From an uncultured Chloroflexia bacterium (GTDB lineage: Bacteria; Chloroflexota; Limnocylindria; Limnocylindrales; CSP1-4), in assembly GCA_963796715.1 (NCBI GenBank), contig CAWCMN010000009.1, forward strand, positions 966,172 to 1,030,171: DNA of 64,000 bases, in the 5' to 3' direction. This document shows positions 40,826 through 50,923 of this stretch, piece after piece. Both the position numbers and the translations under genes were made by a program. Below the pieces are notes generated by a model. It ran no database searches. It saw only the letters and a list, made by a program, of their open reading frames with translations, and was not told where the DNA came from. Each line of letters starts with the position of its first letter. Position 1 is the first letter of the stretch.

Positions 40826-42724
40826 ATGATCACGCCCCGCGACCCGGCGCCGGTATTGGCTTCGGGGGTGGTCCGGCGGACCCGGCATAGCCTGCTGAGC
40901 CGCCTTGCCTCGAGCGTCCGCGCGCGGCGGTGGCTGCGACGCAGCGAAGGCCTGTCCACGCGCGAGGCGTGGGCCCGATACGTGCTGGCGCTGGGCCTGG
41001 GGCTGGGAGGCATCGCCCTCAAGTCGGTCGCCGATGCGAGCCTCGGCGGCAGCACCGGTTTCCTGGCGTACGTGGCGGCCGTCATCATCGCGGCCTGGAT
41101 CGGCGGACTCGGCGGTGGACTGATCACCACGTTCGTCTCCGTCGCCGGGCAGGTCTTCGTCTTCGACATCCCGGAGGCGGTCCCGTTCACGCCGGTCGAC
41201 ATCCTGCGCCTGGCCTGGCTTGCCGCCGACGGCGCGCTCCTGTCGATCGTCGCCTCCGGGCTGCGCCGCGCGTCGGTGGCGCAGCAGGCAGCCCGCGCCC
41301 AGGTGACCGACCTGCTTGGCGCGGTCAGCCGCTTCAAGGCCACCGTGGACGCGTCCCTCGAGGCCGTCTTCATGTTCGATCCACGCACCATGCGGGTGAC
41401 CTACGCCAACCGCGGCGCGGGGGAACTGCTGGGTGCCGAGCGGGACGCCATCGTGGGACGCCAGCTGGCGGACCTCCAGCCGATGCTCAGTGAGGCCGCC
41501 CTGCGCGACGAGATCCAGCCGCTGGCCGACGACACGACCGACGCCGTCCGCTACACGAGCGTCGTCGAACGCGACGATGGCCGCCACGTGCCGTTCGAGG
41601 CCACCATCCAGCACGTCCGCCTGCCCGGTGAGCCGGGGACGATGGTCCTGACCGCGCGCGACATCAGCGAGCGGATCGAGGTCCAGGCGCGTCTTGCGCG
41701 CGTCGCGAGCGACGAGCGGCGGCAGGCGGCCGAGCTGCGGGCGATCATCCAGGCGATGGGCGAGGCCGTGCTGGTCGTCGCCCCGAAGGGCGAGATCCGC
41801 CTGACCAACGACGCGGCCCGGGCGATGCTTGGCTCGGTCCCCAAGGCTCTCTCGGAGCTGCCGGGCCTGCTCGGCGTGGCGGCGGGCGATCTGCCCACCC
41901 TCGGGGCGCCGCACGCGGCGCAGGTCATCGCCGCCCGGGACGGCCGGTGGCTGGAGGTGGCCGCGTACCTCAGCGATGCGATGGGCACCGACGCGGAGGG
42001 CCACTCGACGATCCTCATCCTGCGTGACGTGACCGGCGCCCGGCAGGCCGAGCAGGCGCGCGAAGCGTTCATCGGCGTGCTGTCGCACGAACTGCGCACG
42101 CCGGTCACCACGATCTACGGCTACGCCAAGGTGCTCCGCCGGCCCAACCGCAAGACCCCGCCGGCCGACATGCTGGCCGACATCGAGATCGAGGCCGACC
42201 GCCTGTACCGCATCGTGGAGGACCTGCTGGCCCTCAGCCGGGTCGAAGGCGGCATCACGGTCACCGGCGAGCCGCTGCTGATCCAGCATCTGGCAGAACC
42301 GCTGGTCACGTCCGAGCAGCAGCGCTGGCCGGCCATCCATTTCGAGGCCCAGGTGCCGCGCGACCTGCCGGCCGTGTTCGGCGAGCGCACGTACGTGGAG
42401 CAGGTCCTGCGCAACCTGCTCTCGAACGCGGCCAAGTACAGCCCGTCCGGCTCGACCGTCACCCTGGATGCCACCGCCACCCCGACTGACGTCGTGGTCC
42501 GGGTGCTGGACCGTGGGGCGGGCATCGCCGAGGGCGAGTCCGACCAGCTCTTCCAGCTGTACTACCGATCCCCGCGCACGGCCCGGCAGGCGACCGGCGC
42601 GGGCATCGGCCTCTACGTCAGCCGCGAGCTCATCCAGGCCATGGGCGGCCGCATCTGGGCCGACCCGCGCGAGGGCGGCGGATCCGACTTCGGCTTCAGC
42701 CTCCCTCGCTGCGAGGAAGCCTAG
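40826..42724 (+). CDS. Membrane PAS sensor histidine kinase
   Basis: N-terminal TMs, PAS domains, SHELRTP, NLLSNAAKY, DRGAGI, GIGL. Confidence 0.92.
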   Translation: MITPRDPAPVLASGVVRRTRHSLLSRLASSVRARRWLRRSEGLSTREAWARYVLALGLGLGGIALKSVADASLGGSTGFLAYVAAVIIAAWIGGLGGGLITTFVSVAGQVFVFDIPEAVPFTPVDILRLAWLAADGALLSIVASGLRRASVAQQAARAQVTDLLGAVSRFKATVDASLEAVFMFDPRTMRVTYANRGAGELLGAERDAIVGRQLADLQPMLSEAALRDEIQPLADDTTDAVRYTSVVERDDGRHVPFEATIQHVRLPGEPGTMVLTARDISERIEVQARLARVASDERRQAAELRAIIQAMGEAVLVVAPKGEIRLTNDAARAMLGSVPKALSELPGLLGVAAGDLPTLGAPHAAQVIAARDGRWLEVAAYLSDAMGTDAEGHSTILILRDVTGARQAEQAREAFIGVLSHELRTPVTTIYGYAKVLRRPNRKTPPADMLADIEIEADRLYRIVEDLLALSRVEGGITVTGEPLLIQHLAEPLVTSEQQRWPAIHFEAQVPRDLPAVFGERTYVEQVLRNLLSNAAKYSPSGSTVTLDATATPTDVVVRVLDRGAGIAEGESDQLFQLYYRSPRTARQATGAGIGLYVSRELIQAMGGRIWADPREGGGSDFGFSLPRCEEA

Positions 42725-43305
42725 CCCTCGACGAGCGGCATCTCCACGACGTGCTCCGCGAGGAACCAGACCTGCAGTTCATGGCGCCGCAGTAGGTCAC
42801 TCATGAGCAGGTCGTTGGAGCCCCAGTCCTCGCTCTCCTCCGTGGCCTTGATCGCCGCGCGGACGCGCTTGATGACGATCTCGTGGGCCTCCAGCAGGCG
42901 GTCGATCATCGACGGGACCGCCTCGGCGCCATCGGGCGGACGGGGGATCGCGGTCAGCTCGGCGGCGTGGCGGGGATCGCCCACGGCGATGCCACCGAGC
43001 GACTGGACCCGCTCGGCGATGAGGTCCGTAAGCTCCAGCTGCTCGCCGGCGTGCTTGTCGAACAGCAGGTGCAGCTGATAGAAGGTGGGGCCGGCCACGA
43101 GCCAGTGCTGCTTCTTGTAGAGCGCCGTGAGGATCATCGTGTCGGCCAGGATCTCGTTGAGCAGGCGGCAGCTTTCAGCGCGGGGGCGGGCGCCCAGCCC
43201 GATCGGCAGGTCGCGCAGGGTGCCGAACCGCTGCGCGCCCGGCCCGTGCTGGCCCAGGCGGGGCTCGGGGGAGATGGTCTTCCGTCCGTTGGCCGTGACA
43301 GTCAT
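42721..43305 (-). CDS. dps: Dps DNA starvation/stationary phase protection protein
   Basis: YKKQHWLVAGPTFYQLHLLFD..DLIAERVQSLGG. Confidence 0.92.
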   Translation of the reverse strand: MTVTANGRKTISPEPRLGQHGPGAQRFGTLRDLPIGLGARPRAESCRLLNEILADTMILTALYKKQHWLVAGPTFYQLHLLFDKHAGEQLELTDLIAERVQSLGGIAVGDPRHAAELTAIPRPPDGAEAVPSMIDRLLEAHEIVIKRVRAAIKATEESEDWGSNDLLMSDLLRRHELQVWFLAEHVVEMPLVEG

Positions 43306-43490
43306 GTCGTGTACCTCATCAAGTGGGTCAGTCGTGCCCACCGTAGGCGGTGGCACCGATTGCCCCCGTTGGCGGGCGGCCCGATGCCCTTGCAAGGTGC
43401 TTGCAAGAGAGCGGACCACGGCGGCGAGGCCGACCGCGACGTACCGCCCGATACCGTCGAGCCTCGCAAGACCTCGCTGAAGGAGTACCC

Positions 43491-43664
43491 ATGAAGATCA
43501 TCCGTGCGATCAAGCTTGTCGGCGTGGCGGTGGCGCTCGCCGCGGTCGTCGGCGCGTGCAGTAACGCCTCGCCAACGCCGACCGTCGCCCCGACCGTGGC
43601 CCCGACGGTGGTCGTGCCCGGCACGTCCGCGCCGGCCTCGACCGCCATGCCGTCGTCGTCCTAG
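43491..43664 (+). CDS. Small Pro/Thr-rich lipoprotein
   Basis: AAGGAG RBS; lipobox VGAC. Confidence 0.6.
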   Translation: MKIIRAIKLVGVAVALAAVVGACSNASPTPTVAPTVAPTVVVPGTSAPASTAMPSSS

Positions 43665-43900
43665 CCTTCGGTTTCCCGGTACTCGCGTGGCCGCTCGCCA
43701 TCCGGCGAGCGGCCTGTTCGCGTCTCTGACCCTGACGGATCCGTCAGGGGCGTTTCCCCGCGGATGGCCCGCATCAGGGCCTCCACCTCGTCTTCGGCTG
43801 CGCGCCGCTCGTCGGATCCGAACGGGGCGCGCGATCGCCGCGCGTCGGCCTCTCGCAGGCGGCTGAGCAGGGTACTGAGGCGAGGCGGCACAACCTCCAC
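43661..43900 (-). CDS. Small hypothetical protein
   Basis: LLSRLREADARR..PFGSDERRAAEDEVE helical hairpin, similar to the C-terminus of the 37839 ORF. Confidence 0.4.
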   Translation of the reverse strand: MEVVPPRLSTLLSRLREADARRSRAPFGSDERRAAEDEVEALMRAIRGETPLTDPSGSETRTGRSPDGERPREYRETEG

Positions 43901-44052
43901 TGTCCAGCGCAGCGGGTTGCTGGCCGGCGCGGGCCGCGCATACGCACATTGCATCCGTATCGCAGCGGCGAAGCGGCGAGTACCATGCGCGCCACGACCG
44001 CCAACGCCGTGCACCCAGGCGCGGCCTCGCAAAGACCGGAGTCGCTTGCTCC

Positions 44053-44829
44053 ATGCGCGTCGCCGCACGCGAACTCACGACGGTCCGGCAGGGCACCATG
44101 CTGGCCAGGTATGCCCTGATGGGACCGGTCGCCTTCGCCCAGGTCGAGTTCGGCCCGACCGGCTCGCGCGGCACGGCGGCCGAGGAACCCTGCCAGCAGG
44201 CGCACTGGGGGTTCATGCTCCGAGGACGCGTCAGGTTCGAGGAGGGCGACCAGACCACCGAGTTCGCGGCGGGCACCGCGTTCTACGTGCCGGCGGGGAG
44301 CGCGCCGCACCGCTTCGTCGCCGCCGGCACGTGCACCATCGCCGGCTTCGCGCCGGTCGTGGAGCCGGTCGACGAGTCGGCCGAGGCGATGGCCGCCCGT
44401 GGCGTCGAGATCGTGGTGTCACCCCGGCCGCAACGGGCGCCCCCGCCGATGCTGCACGTGGCCGGCGGGGCGCCCATGAACCGCGCGGACGACGGCATCG
44501 AAGGCGAAAGCGCCGTGATGGGGCCGTGGACGTTCATGCGCACGACCTACGGGGCCCTGAGCGGCTTCGTGTCGGGGCCGTGCGACCTGCCGCACTGGGG
44601 CCTGGTGCTGGCCGGCGAGGTCGTCCACTCGTGGGAGGATGGCCTGGAGCTGCTCACGCCGGGCGACGTGTTCTACTGCCCGCCCGGCCCGCCCGGACAT
44701 CGGTTCGAGGTGGCCGACTCGGCCACGCTCGTCGACTACACCCCCACCTCGGCGCTGGAGGGTCCGGGTCGCCGGCCGGCGTACCGGGACGCCGCGCGCG
44801 TGCGCCGCGAACCTGGGGTGGCCGCCTAG
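44053..44829 (+). CDS. Tandem (bi)cupin protein
   Basis: Two repeats: PC..AHWG...FYVPAG..PH and PC.LPHWG...FYCPPGPPGH. Confidence 0.8.
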   Translation: MRVAARELTTVRQGTMLARYALMGPVAFAQVEFGPTGSRGTAAEEPCQQAHWGFMLRGRVRFEEGDQTTEFAAGTAFYVPAGSAPHRFVAAGTCTIAGFAPVVEPVDESAEAMAARGVEIVVSPRPQRAPPPMLHVAGGAPMNRADDGIEGESAVMGPWTFMRTTYGALSGFVSGPCDLPHWGLVLAGEVVHSWEDGLELLTPGDVFYCPPGPPGHRFEVADSATLVDYTPTSALEGPGRRPAYRDAARVRREPGVAA

Positions 44830-44860
44830 CGCTCGCGCCTGGCGCTCGCGCCTGGCGCGG

Positions 44861-45385
44861 CGGTGCCAGCAGCGCGAGATTTCTACGCACCCTCCGCGGT
44901 GATGCTGTCGAAGTTATCAGGGGTCGGATCGGCAGGCCCGGGCCGTACCCCATCCGTCTGCGGCCCCATCCGTCTGCGGCCCCATCCGTCTGCGGCCCCT
45001 GACCCGGGAGGGTAGTAACGGACGGGGACATCGTTGGTCGGGGGCCGAGATGGGCCGGGTCCGCCCGCATCTCGCACGTTCCTGTCCCGGCAGGTCAAGC
45101 GCTGACGAATCGGGGCTGCGGGCGCCTCGATCGCGGCCTCTGGCGCACCGATCGCGGCCTCTGGCGCACCGATCGCGTCCTCCGGCGCCTCGATCGTGGC
45201 CTCTGGCGCCCCGATCCTGTTCGATACGACCCTGGCAGGTCAGAACTCGCTGACCTCCCAGGTCAGCCGCAGCCGGATGACACCGAAGACGCCCACGGCG
45301 GCGGCGCCGGGACGGGCCCACGCGGCCTGATGCCTTCGAGCGCATCAGCGGGGACGGACGGGCAGAACGGCGAAGGGCAGCATCA
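44861..45385. repeat. Repeat copy B: full nested element with internal tandem repeats
   Basis: Outer arms 44861-44921 and 45326-45385; inner IR 44999-45023 and 45219-45243; 16-bp unit x3 (44948-44995) and ~21-bp unit x4 (45121-45215). Confidence 0.85.
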
Positions 45386-45418
45386 CGGGCCAGCGGTCAG
45401 CCACCGGTCGCGGAGTGG

Positions 45419-47506
45419 TCAGCTCGTGGCACCCGCCTCGAGCGCGGCGAGCCAGGTGCGCAGCTGGTCGTAGACGGCTGGGGCCCCCTCGAGCGGGTCG
45501 GCCGCCGGCTGCCAGGCTGCGGGGCAAAGGATGAACGGCTGCGTCTGCCAGCCACCGAGCCCGCCGTGCGAGCCGATGAGGTCCTCCATGTTGACGACCA
45601 GGCCGCTGGCCGGATCGAGCCGGCCGAGCAGCATCAGGTCGCCGACGTGCTCCAGCTCACCCACGCGCGCCAGGATCTCGCCGGCATCCTCGCCGAAGGC
45701 GGCCAGCGGATCCTCGCCTTGGCACGGCCCATCCTGGGATAGATCACGTTCACCATGCGCCCCGATCGCGACCGTGTGGCCCTCATCGGTGCCGACCAGG
45801 ACGGCCCCGATCCCGGGGTGGGCGGCCAGGGCCGGGATCAGGCCCGGGTACGCGGCCTCGATCGCCGAGCGCGTCATCCGGCCCTTGACCTTGGCGAAAT
45901 AGACGTGGGCGAGGCTGCCGGACGAGCACACCACGGCGTCGGGCGTCACCGTGGCCGTGCCGCCATCCCGCCGAGGCACCCGCACGCGCCGCAGGATCGC
46001 CGGCCCCTGCCGGGCAAGGAACGGCGCGAAGCCGGTGCCGCGACCCAGCTCGGCTGCGATCCGGCCCCCGTTGCCGGCGCTCTCCGCCGTCCCGCTGCTC
46101 CCCACCACCACGGCCTCACCTGGCATCAGCTTGCCCAGCAGGGCCTCCACGGGCTGGCCGTAGACCTGGCGGAAGATGGGACCCATGCTCTGGCCGTGGT
46201 CGGACAGGAGCACCACGTGGTAGCGGCGCGTGGCGTGGACATCCGCCTTGAGGAGGGATCCGATGGCCCGGTCGATGCCCTCCAGGGCATCGATGGACTC
46301 CCGCCGCTCCGGCCCGGAGTGGTGGGCCACGGCGTCGTACGCCGTGTAGTCGACGAAGATGACCGGCGCGCCGCGGTACATCTCCTCGATGACGAGGGCC
46401 GTGGAGATCGTCCGCAGGCCTACGTTCGTGACCGCGCGCTCGATGGCGTAGTGCAGGTCGCGATGCATGCGCGGCGACACGTCGCGCCCCCGCTGGTGTT
46501 CCGCCTGGTACAGCTCCTTGAGTACCTCGCCGACCGTGAGCACGGCGAGCCGTGTGTAGTTGACGGTGCTGACGAAGAAGCCGCGGGCCCGGCGCTCATC
46601 CTCCGGCGGCTGGGCCTCGCGGATGGTGGCCATCGTCAGGTAGCTGCGGGGTGCGTCACCAGTGAAGAGGTTGCCGATGCTCGCCCCGTCGTCGGCCAGC
46701 AGGCCCCGGCCATCGCTGATGCGCTCCAGTACGGCGCTGGCGTCCTCGGGATGGTTGGCCACCATCACGCGACCGGTCTCCTTCTCGTACCAGCGGAAGC
46801 CGGGGATCGCGTCGCCCTGCCCGTGGAGGATGCCGGCCTGGCTGGCCGGTGTCGTCGGCGGCAGCAGGGCCCGCCACGAATGCAGGGCGGCATCGCCCGA
46901 GCGCAGCATCCGGTCGACGTTCGGCATGTGGCCGGCCCGCAGGGCCCCTTCCAGGACCGGCCGTCCCACCCCGTCGAGCTGCACGACAAGGAGGCCCGGG
47001 CCCGCCGATCCTGTCGCGGCACCGCGGCGAGCGATGAGGCGCCGCACGAGGACGCTGTAGTACGAGTCGTCGTCGCTGACGGAGACGACGTCGGCCAGGA
47101 ACCCGTTGAGCAGGGTCAGGAGGAGGGCGCCCTCGAGCGCGGTCGCGAGGTCATCGACGTGGACGCCGGGCACGACGCGGCCGACGATGAGGATCACCAG
47201 GAACTGGACGACCAGGCCGGCCACCTGGATCACGAGGATCGGCAGCCGCACGAAGACCCAGTGGCCGATGAGCCCTGAGGCTGCGTTGGCCGCCGCCAGC
47301 AGGGCGCCCCCGATGACGAGCGGGCCGAGCCCGTCGACCGTCAGACCGGACAGCACCCAGGCCGTGCCCGCGAGCGCCAGGCAGGCCACGACGAACGACA
47401 GGATCGTCCGTCGCACCATGGCGAACCGGGTCGGCCGCCATTCCCACATGAGGCGTGCCTGGAACCGCAGGTCCGCTCCACTCCAGGATCTTGCAGCGCC
47501 GGCCAT
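45419..47506 (-). CDS. Phage-holin-like (4 TMS) membrane domain fused to alkaline phosphatase/phosphodiesterase domain
   Basis: N-terminal TMs, SDDDSYY, VQLDGV, TTPASQAGILHG, YDAVAHHSGP, LSDHGQ, GSHGGLGGWQ. Confidence 0.85.
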   Translation of the reverse strand: MAGAARSWSGADLRFQARLMWEWRPTRFAMVRRTILSFVVACLALAGTAWVLSGLTVDGLGPLVIGGALLAAANAASGLIGHWVFVRLPILVIQVAGLVVQFLVILIVGRVVPGVHVDDLATALEGALLLTLLNGFLADVVSVSDDDSYYSVLVRRLIARRGAATGSAGPGLLVVQLDGVGRPVLEGALRAGHMPNVDRMLRSGDAALHSWRALLPPTTPASQAGILHGQGDAIPGFRWYEKETGRVMVANHPEDASAVLERISDGRGLLADDGASIGNLFTGDAPRSYLTMATIREAQPPEDERRARGFFVSTVNYTRLAVLTVGEVLKELYQAEHQRGRDVSPRMHRDLHYAIERAVTNVGLRTISTALVIEEMYRGAPVIFVDYTAYDAVAHHSGPERRESIDALEGIDRAIGSLLKADVHATRRYHVVLLSDHGQSMGPIFRQVYGQPVEALLGKLMPGEAVVVGSSGTAESAGNGGRIAAELGRGTGFAPFLARQGPAILRRVRVPRRDGGTATVTPDAVVCSSGSLAHVYFAKVKGRMTRSAIEAAYPGLIPALAAHPGIGAVLVGTDEGHTVAIGAHGERDLSQDGPCQGEDPLAAFGEDAGEILARVGELEHVGDLMLLGRLDPASGLVVNMEDLIGSHGGLGGWQTQPFILCPAAWQPAADPLEGAPAVYDQLRTWLAALEAGATS

Positions 47507-47617
47507 CCCGGTCACGGTAGCGCGGTCCGGCCGCTCCGCAAGGGGAGGGCCGCGGGTTGTTTCGGGATTGCAACGACCGCCGCCGTCCGCGCCACGCCGT
47601 GGGCCGGTCCGTCTGCG

Positions 47618-48604
47618 ATGGTCCGAGGCGCCGTGGTCCTCTTCAGTGCCCTGTTCACGACCCTGCAGCGCCTCATGGGCGACGTCGCCACCACGACCGT
47701 GGGATGGGCGACGGTCCTGCTGTTCGGCCGCGTGCCCCAGGCGCAGCAGCGGCTCCTCGCGCTGATCACCCTCGGGTCCCTGATCTGGCTGCTCGCGGTG
47801 GTCTGCGTCCTGGTGCCAGCGGCCGGCGGCTTCGTCATCTCCGTCGTGCCCCGGCCGGGTTTCGTCCTCGTGGCGTGGCTGCAGGCCTTCATCCTGGTCC
47901 TTGCCGTCGGGCTGCCACCTGCCATCGGTTACGCAACGGCGGCGGTCGATAAGAAGTCGCGCGGCGCCGCGGCCTTGGCCAGCCATGTCATGCGCGGCTA
48001 CCCGCTGGCCGCCGTCCTGGCCGCGACCACGATCTTCCTGATCGGGTTGAGCCTGGCGCTCAAGACACGCGCGCTCCAGCGGGGCTGGGAAGCAGCGCAT
48101 CTGCCGATGATCATCAAGCCCGGCTGCTACGACGCCGTGGCTGCGGACCTGCAGACGGCGCTCCGAGTGGCCGGCCTGCAGGTCCGTCGTAAGCGCGCGC
48201 CGTGGGCTCTGACGGTGCCCCCCAAGCTGGTCGTGGCCGCCGGCGGCGGCGTGGCGCGCAGCCTCGTGCCCGACGAGCTGGCGGAGTTCAGCGGGGACGA
48301 CCTCTGGATCCTCCTCTATCCCTCCGATGTCGCACTGGTGGGCAAGAAGGAGCTCGTCGCGCGCGCCCGCGCGGCGGTCGCCGTGCGCCTGACCTTCGCG
48401 GACGTCTACATGACATCGGCCAAGGAGTCCGAGCAGATCGAGGACCGCCTGGCGCGCCTCTCCGGAGCACACCACCTTTCGGCGACCGATCTCCGGCCCG
48501 TTGACGACCTGCTGGCCAGCCTGGCGGTGCCCTACGACGAATGGCAGACGCTCTACCGGCTTCGTCTCCAGGTCGAGCTGCAGCACCGGCAGAGCCCGGC
48601 GTGA
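47618..48604 (+). CDS. Hypothetical membrane protein
   Basis: GWATVLLFGRVP, several TMs; first gene of the downstream operon. Confidence 0.7.
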   Translation: MVRGAVVLFSALFTTLQRLMGDVATTTVGWATVLLFGRVPQAQQRLLALITLGSLIWLLAVVCVLVPAAGGFVISVVPRPGFVLVAWLQAFILVLAVGLPPAIGYATAAVDKKSRGAAALASHVMRGYPLAAVLAATTIFLIGLSLALKTRALQRGWEAAHLPMIIKPGCYDAVAADLQTALRVAGLQVRRKRAPWALTVPPKLVVAAGGGVARSLVPDELAEFSGDDLWILLYPSDVALVGKKELVARARAAVAVRLTFADVYMTSAKESEQIEDRLARLSGAHHLSATDLRPVDDLLASLAVPYDEWQTLYRLRLQVELQHRQSPA

Positions 48605-49500
48605 CGCGGGCCGTCGTCGTGGGTCGGATCCGTCGCGGCCGCCCGATCGAACCGACGGTCGCCGTCGTCAGTGAGTCCCTGCGGGCCGCCGGTTGGAAGG
48701 TCGACGCGAAGGTCGTCCGCCGCAAGCGCGCCATGACGCGTCGGGCGGCCAAGGCGGTGGCGTCCGGCTGCGACGTGGTCGTCGTGGTCGGGGGTGACGG
48801 TGCGGTCCTGCGCGTGGCCGGTGCCCTCGCCGATAGCAAGGCGGCCCTGGGCATCATCCCGGCCGGGACCGGCAACCTCCTGGCCGGCAACCTGGGCATC
48901 CCCAAGCACCGTGGCCGCGCCACGCGCACGATCCTGGGCGGCGTGACGCGCCGCATCGACCTGGGGCGGGTGAGCGTGGAAGGGGCCGCTCGGGACTTCG
49001 CCGTCGCGTGCGGCGTCGGCTTCGATGCCCGCGTGGTGCGCGCCACCGGCACGCGCGAGAAGCTGCGCTGGGGCCGCCTGGCGTACTTCGCGCACGTGCT
49101 CCGGGCGAGCACGACGATCCACAACGTCGAGCACGAGCTCGTCCTTGATGGGGTCGCCAGCACGACCGAGGCGGCCCAGGTGTTCGTGGCCAACTTCGGG
49201 CGGATGCTGCCGTGGGTCGCGCCCCAGCTGCCCGTGGAACCCGACGACGGCAAGCTTGACGTGGTGGTCGTGCGCGCCGACGGCCCCGTTTCGGCGCTCC
49301 TGGCCGGCTGGGAAGCGCTGCGCCAGACCGAGGTCGGCGAGACGGACGCCGGCCACGCCTTCCGGGCGCGGGCTCGAGAGGTCACGATCCGGACCACGCC
49401 GCCTCGCCTGGTGGAGGCGGACGGCAGCGTGGTGGGCACGACCCCCGTCACGGTCACGGTGCTGCCCAAGGCCCTGACCGTCCTGGTGCCCGCCGCATGA
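48601..49500 (+). CDS. Diacylglycerol/lipid kinase family protein
   Basis: GGDG, IPAGTGNLLA, GVGFDA, DDGKLDV, EADG. Confidence 0.9.
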   Translation: MTRAVVVGRIRRGRPIEPTVAVVSESLRAAGWKVDAKVVRRKRAMTRRAAKAVASGCDVVVVVGGDGAVLRVAGALADSKAALGIIPAGTGNLLAGNLGIPKHRGRATRTILGGVTRRIDLGRVSVEGAARDFAVACGVGFDARVVRATGTREKLRWGRLAYFAHVLRASTTIHNVEHELVLDGVASTTEAAQVFVANFGRMLPWVAPQLPVEPDDGKLDVVVVRADGPVSALLAGWEALRQTEVGETDAGHAFRARAREVTIRTTPPRLVEADGSVVGTTPVTVTVLPKALTVLVPAA

Positions 49501-50210
49501 GCACAGATACGCGGACCAGCGCCGCCATGACCACCCCGGCCGATGCGGATGTACGGGCAGCACGCCCAACGAGACCGTGGCCGTTGATCGCCTTCTGGCT
49601 GCTCGTGGCGATCGCGGGGATCGGCGGGTTCGTCGCCCTGACGGCCCTGGTCTGGAGCCGCACCCCGATCCCGTTCGACTTTCCCCTGCTGGAGTTGGCC
49701 CGCGGCTGGAACGCGTGGTCCCCGCTGTGGAACCTGCTCTCGCTCGCGGCATACCTGCCCCTGCTGGCCGTGACCATCGCGTTCGTGCTCTGGCTGTGGT
49801 GGCGGCGCCAGCGTCGCGAGGCCGTGCTGGCGGTGGTCATCCTGGTCATCGTCACGGCCTGCAGCGAGGGGGTGAAGGAGCTGGTGGCCCGCCCGCGACC
49901 GCCCGCGAGCACGACGGTCGTGCCGGGCGTCGTCTACAGCTTCCCCTCCGGCCACGTCCTGGAGGTGACCGCCATCTTCGGGTTCATCGCCGTGCTGATG
50001 TGGCGGGGGCGGCTGCCGGTGTGGCTCAAGCTCATCGTCACGGCCGTGCTGACGAGCCTCGTGGCGTTGGTGGCGATCGCCCGCGTGTCGCTGGACGCCC
50101 ATTACCCCAGCGACGTGCTGGCCGGCTTCGTGGCCGCGGTGGGGGTCGTCGCGGTGTTCACGCTGCTGACGTGGCCAAGGGCCCAGGGATCGCAGGCGGG
50201 CCATGGCTGA
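49497..50210 (+). CDS. PAP2 family phosphatase
   Basis: K..VARPRP, SFPSGH, ARVSLDAHYPSDV. Confidence 0.9.
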   Translation: MSTDTRTSAAMTTPADADVRAARPTRPWPLIAFWLLVAIAGIGGFVALTALVWSRTPIPFDFPLLELARGWNAWSPLWNLLSLAAYLPLLAVTIAFVLWLWWRRQRREAVLAVVILVIVTACSEGVKELVARPRPPASTTVVPGVVYSFPSGHVLEVTAIFGFIAVLMWRGRLPVWLKLIVTAVLTSLVALVAIARVSLDAHYPSDVLAGFVAAVGVVAVFTLLTWPRAQGSQAGHG

Positions 50211-50923
50211 GAGGGCGATCGCCAACAGCCGCCCCGCAGGTCGCCGCGCCGAGCGGCCCGTCCAAGCTGACCATCGTCCTGGGCTTCGCCGCGATCGGCG
50301 GCTGTCTCGTGATCCTTGGTGTCCTGGCCGACACCATCAAAGCCCAGGAGGCCGACGCCCTGGACGCCCTGGCCACCCCACTGGTGCACCAGTACGCCTC
50401 GCCGACGCTGGATGCGTTCATGAACGACGTGACGGCGCTTGGCTCCAACCAGGGCCTGGCGGTCCTCTTCGTCGTGGCGGCCGGCTCGCTCGTGGTCCTG
50501 CGCCGCCGCCGTGATGCCCTGCTGCTGGCGGTCGCGCTTGGCGGGAGCGTCGCGCTCAACGCACTCATGAAGGCGTTCTTCGAGCGCCCGCGCCCGCAGC
50601 TGGCGTGGGCCCATGTCCTGCCCGACTACAGCTTCCCGAGCGGGCATTCGATGGACTCGGTCGTCTTCTACTTCGCCCTGGCCCTCCTGGTCTGGCAGAT
50701 CGCCGGGCGCACGCCGGGCCTCGCGGCGGCCATCGCGGCCCTGGTGCTGGTCCTGCTGATCGGGCTGAGCCGCATCTACCTTGGCTACCACTACTTCACC
50801 GACGTCATCGGTGGCTATGTCGCCGGTGCGCTGTGGCTGGTCGTCGTGGTGACCGCCTTCTCGGGCCCTGAGCGGCTCCGGGCGTGGCGCGACGTCCGTG
50901 CCGCGAGCGGGGCCAGGTCATGA
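50203..50923 (+). CDS. PAP2 family phosphatase (start region probably frameshifted)
   Basis: K.FFERPRP, SFPSGH, SRIYLGYHYFTDV. Confidence 0.88.

Noticed and set aside
44948-45215. CRISPR array
   Set aside because: The repeats are head-to-tail with no unique spacers, and there are no cas genes.
45419-48586. 1055 aa ORF and a prophage implied by a holin-like domain
   Set aside because: The first ~360 codons are the antisense shadow of the 47618 gene. This holin-like membrane domain is common in non-phage genes, and no phage genes are nearby.
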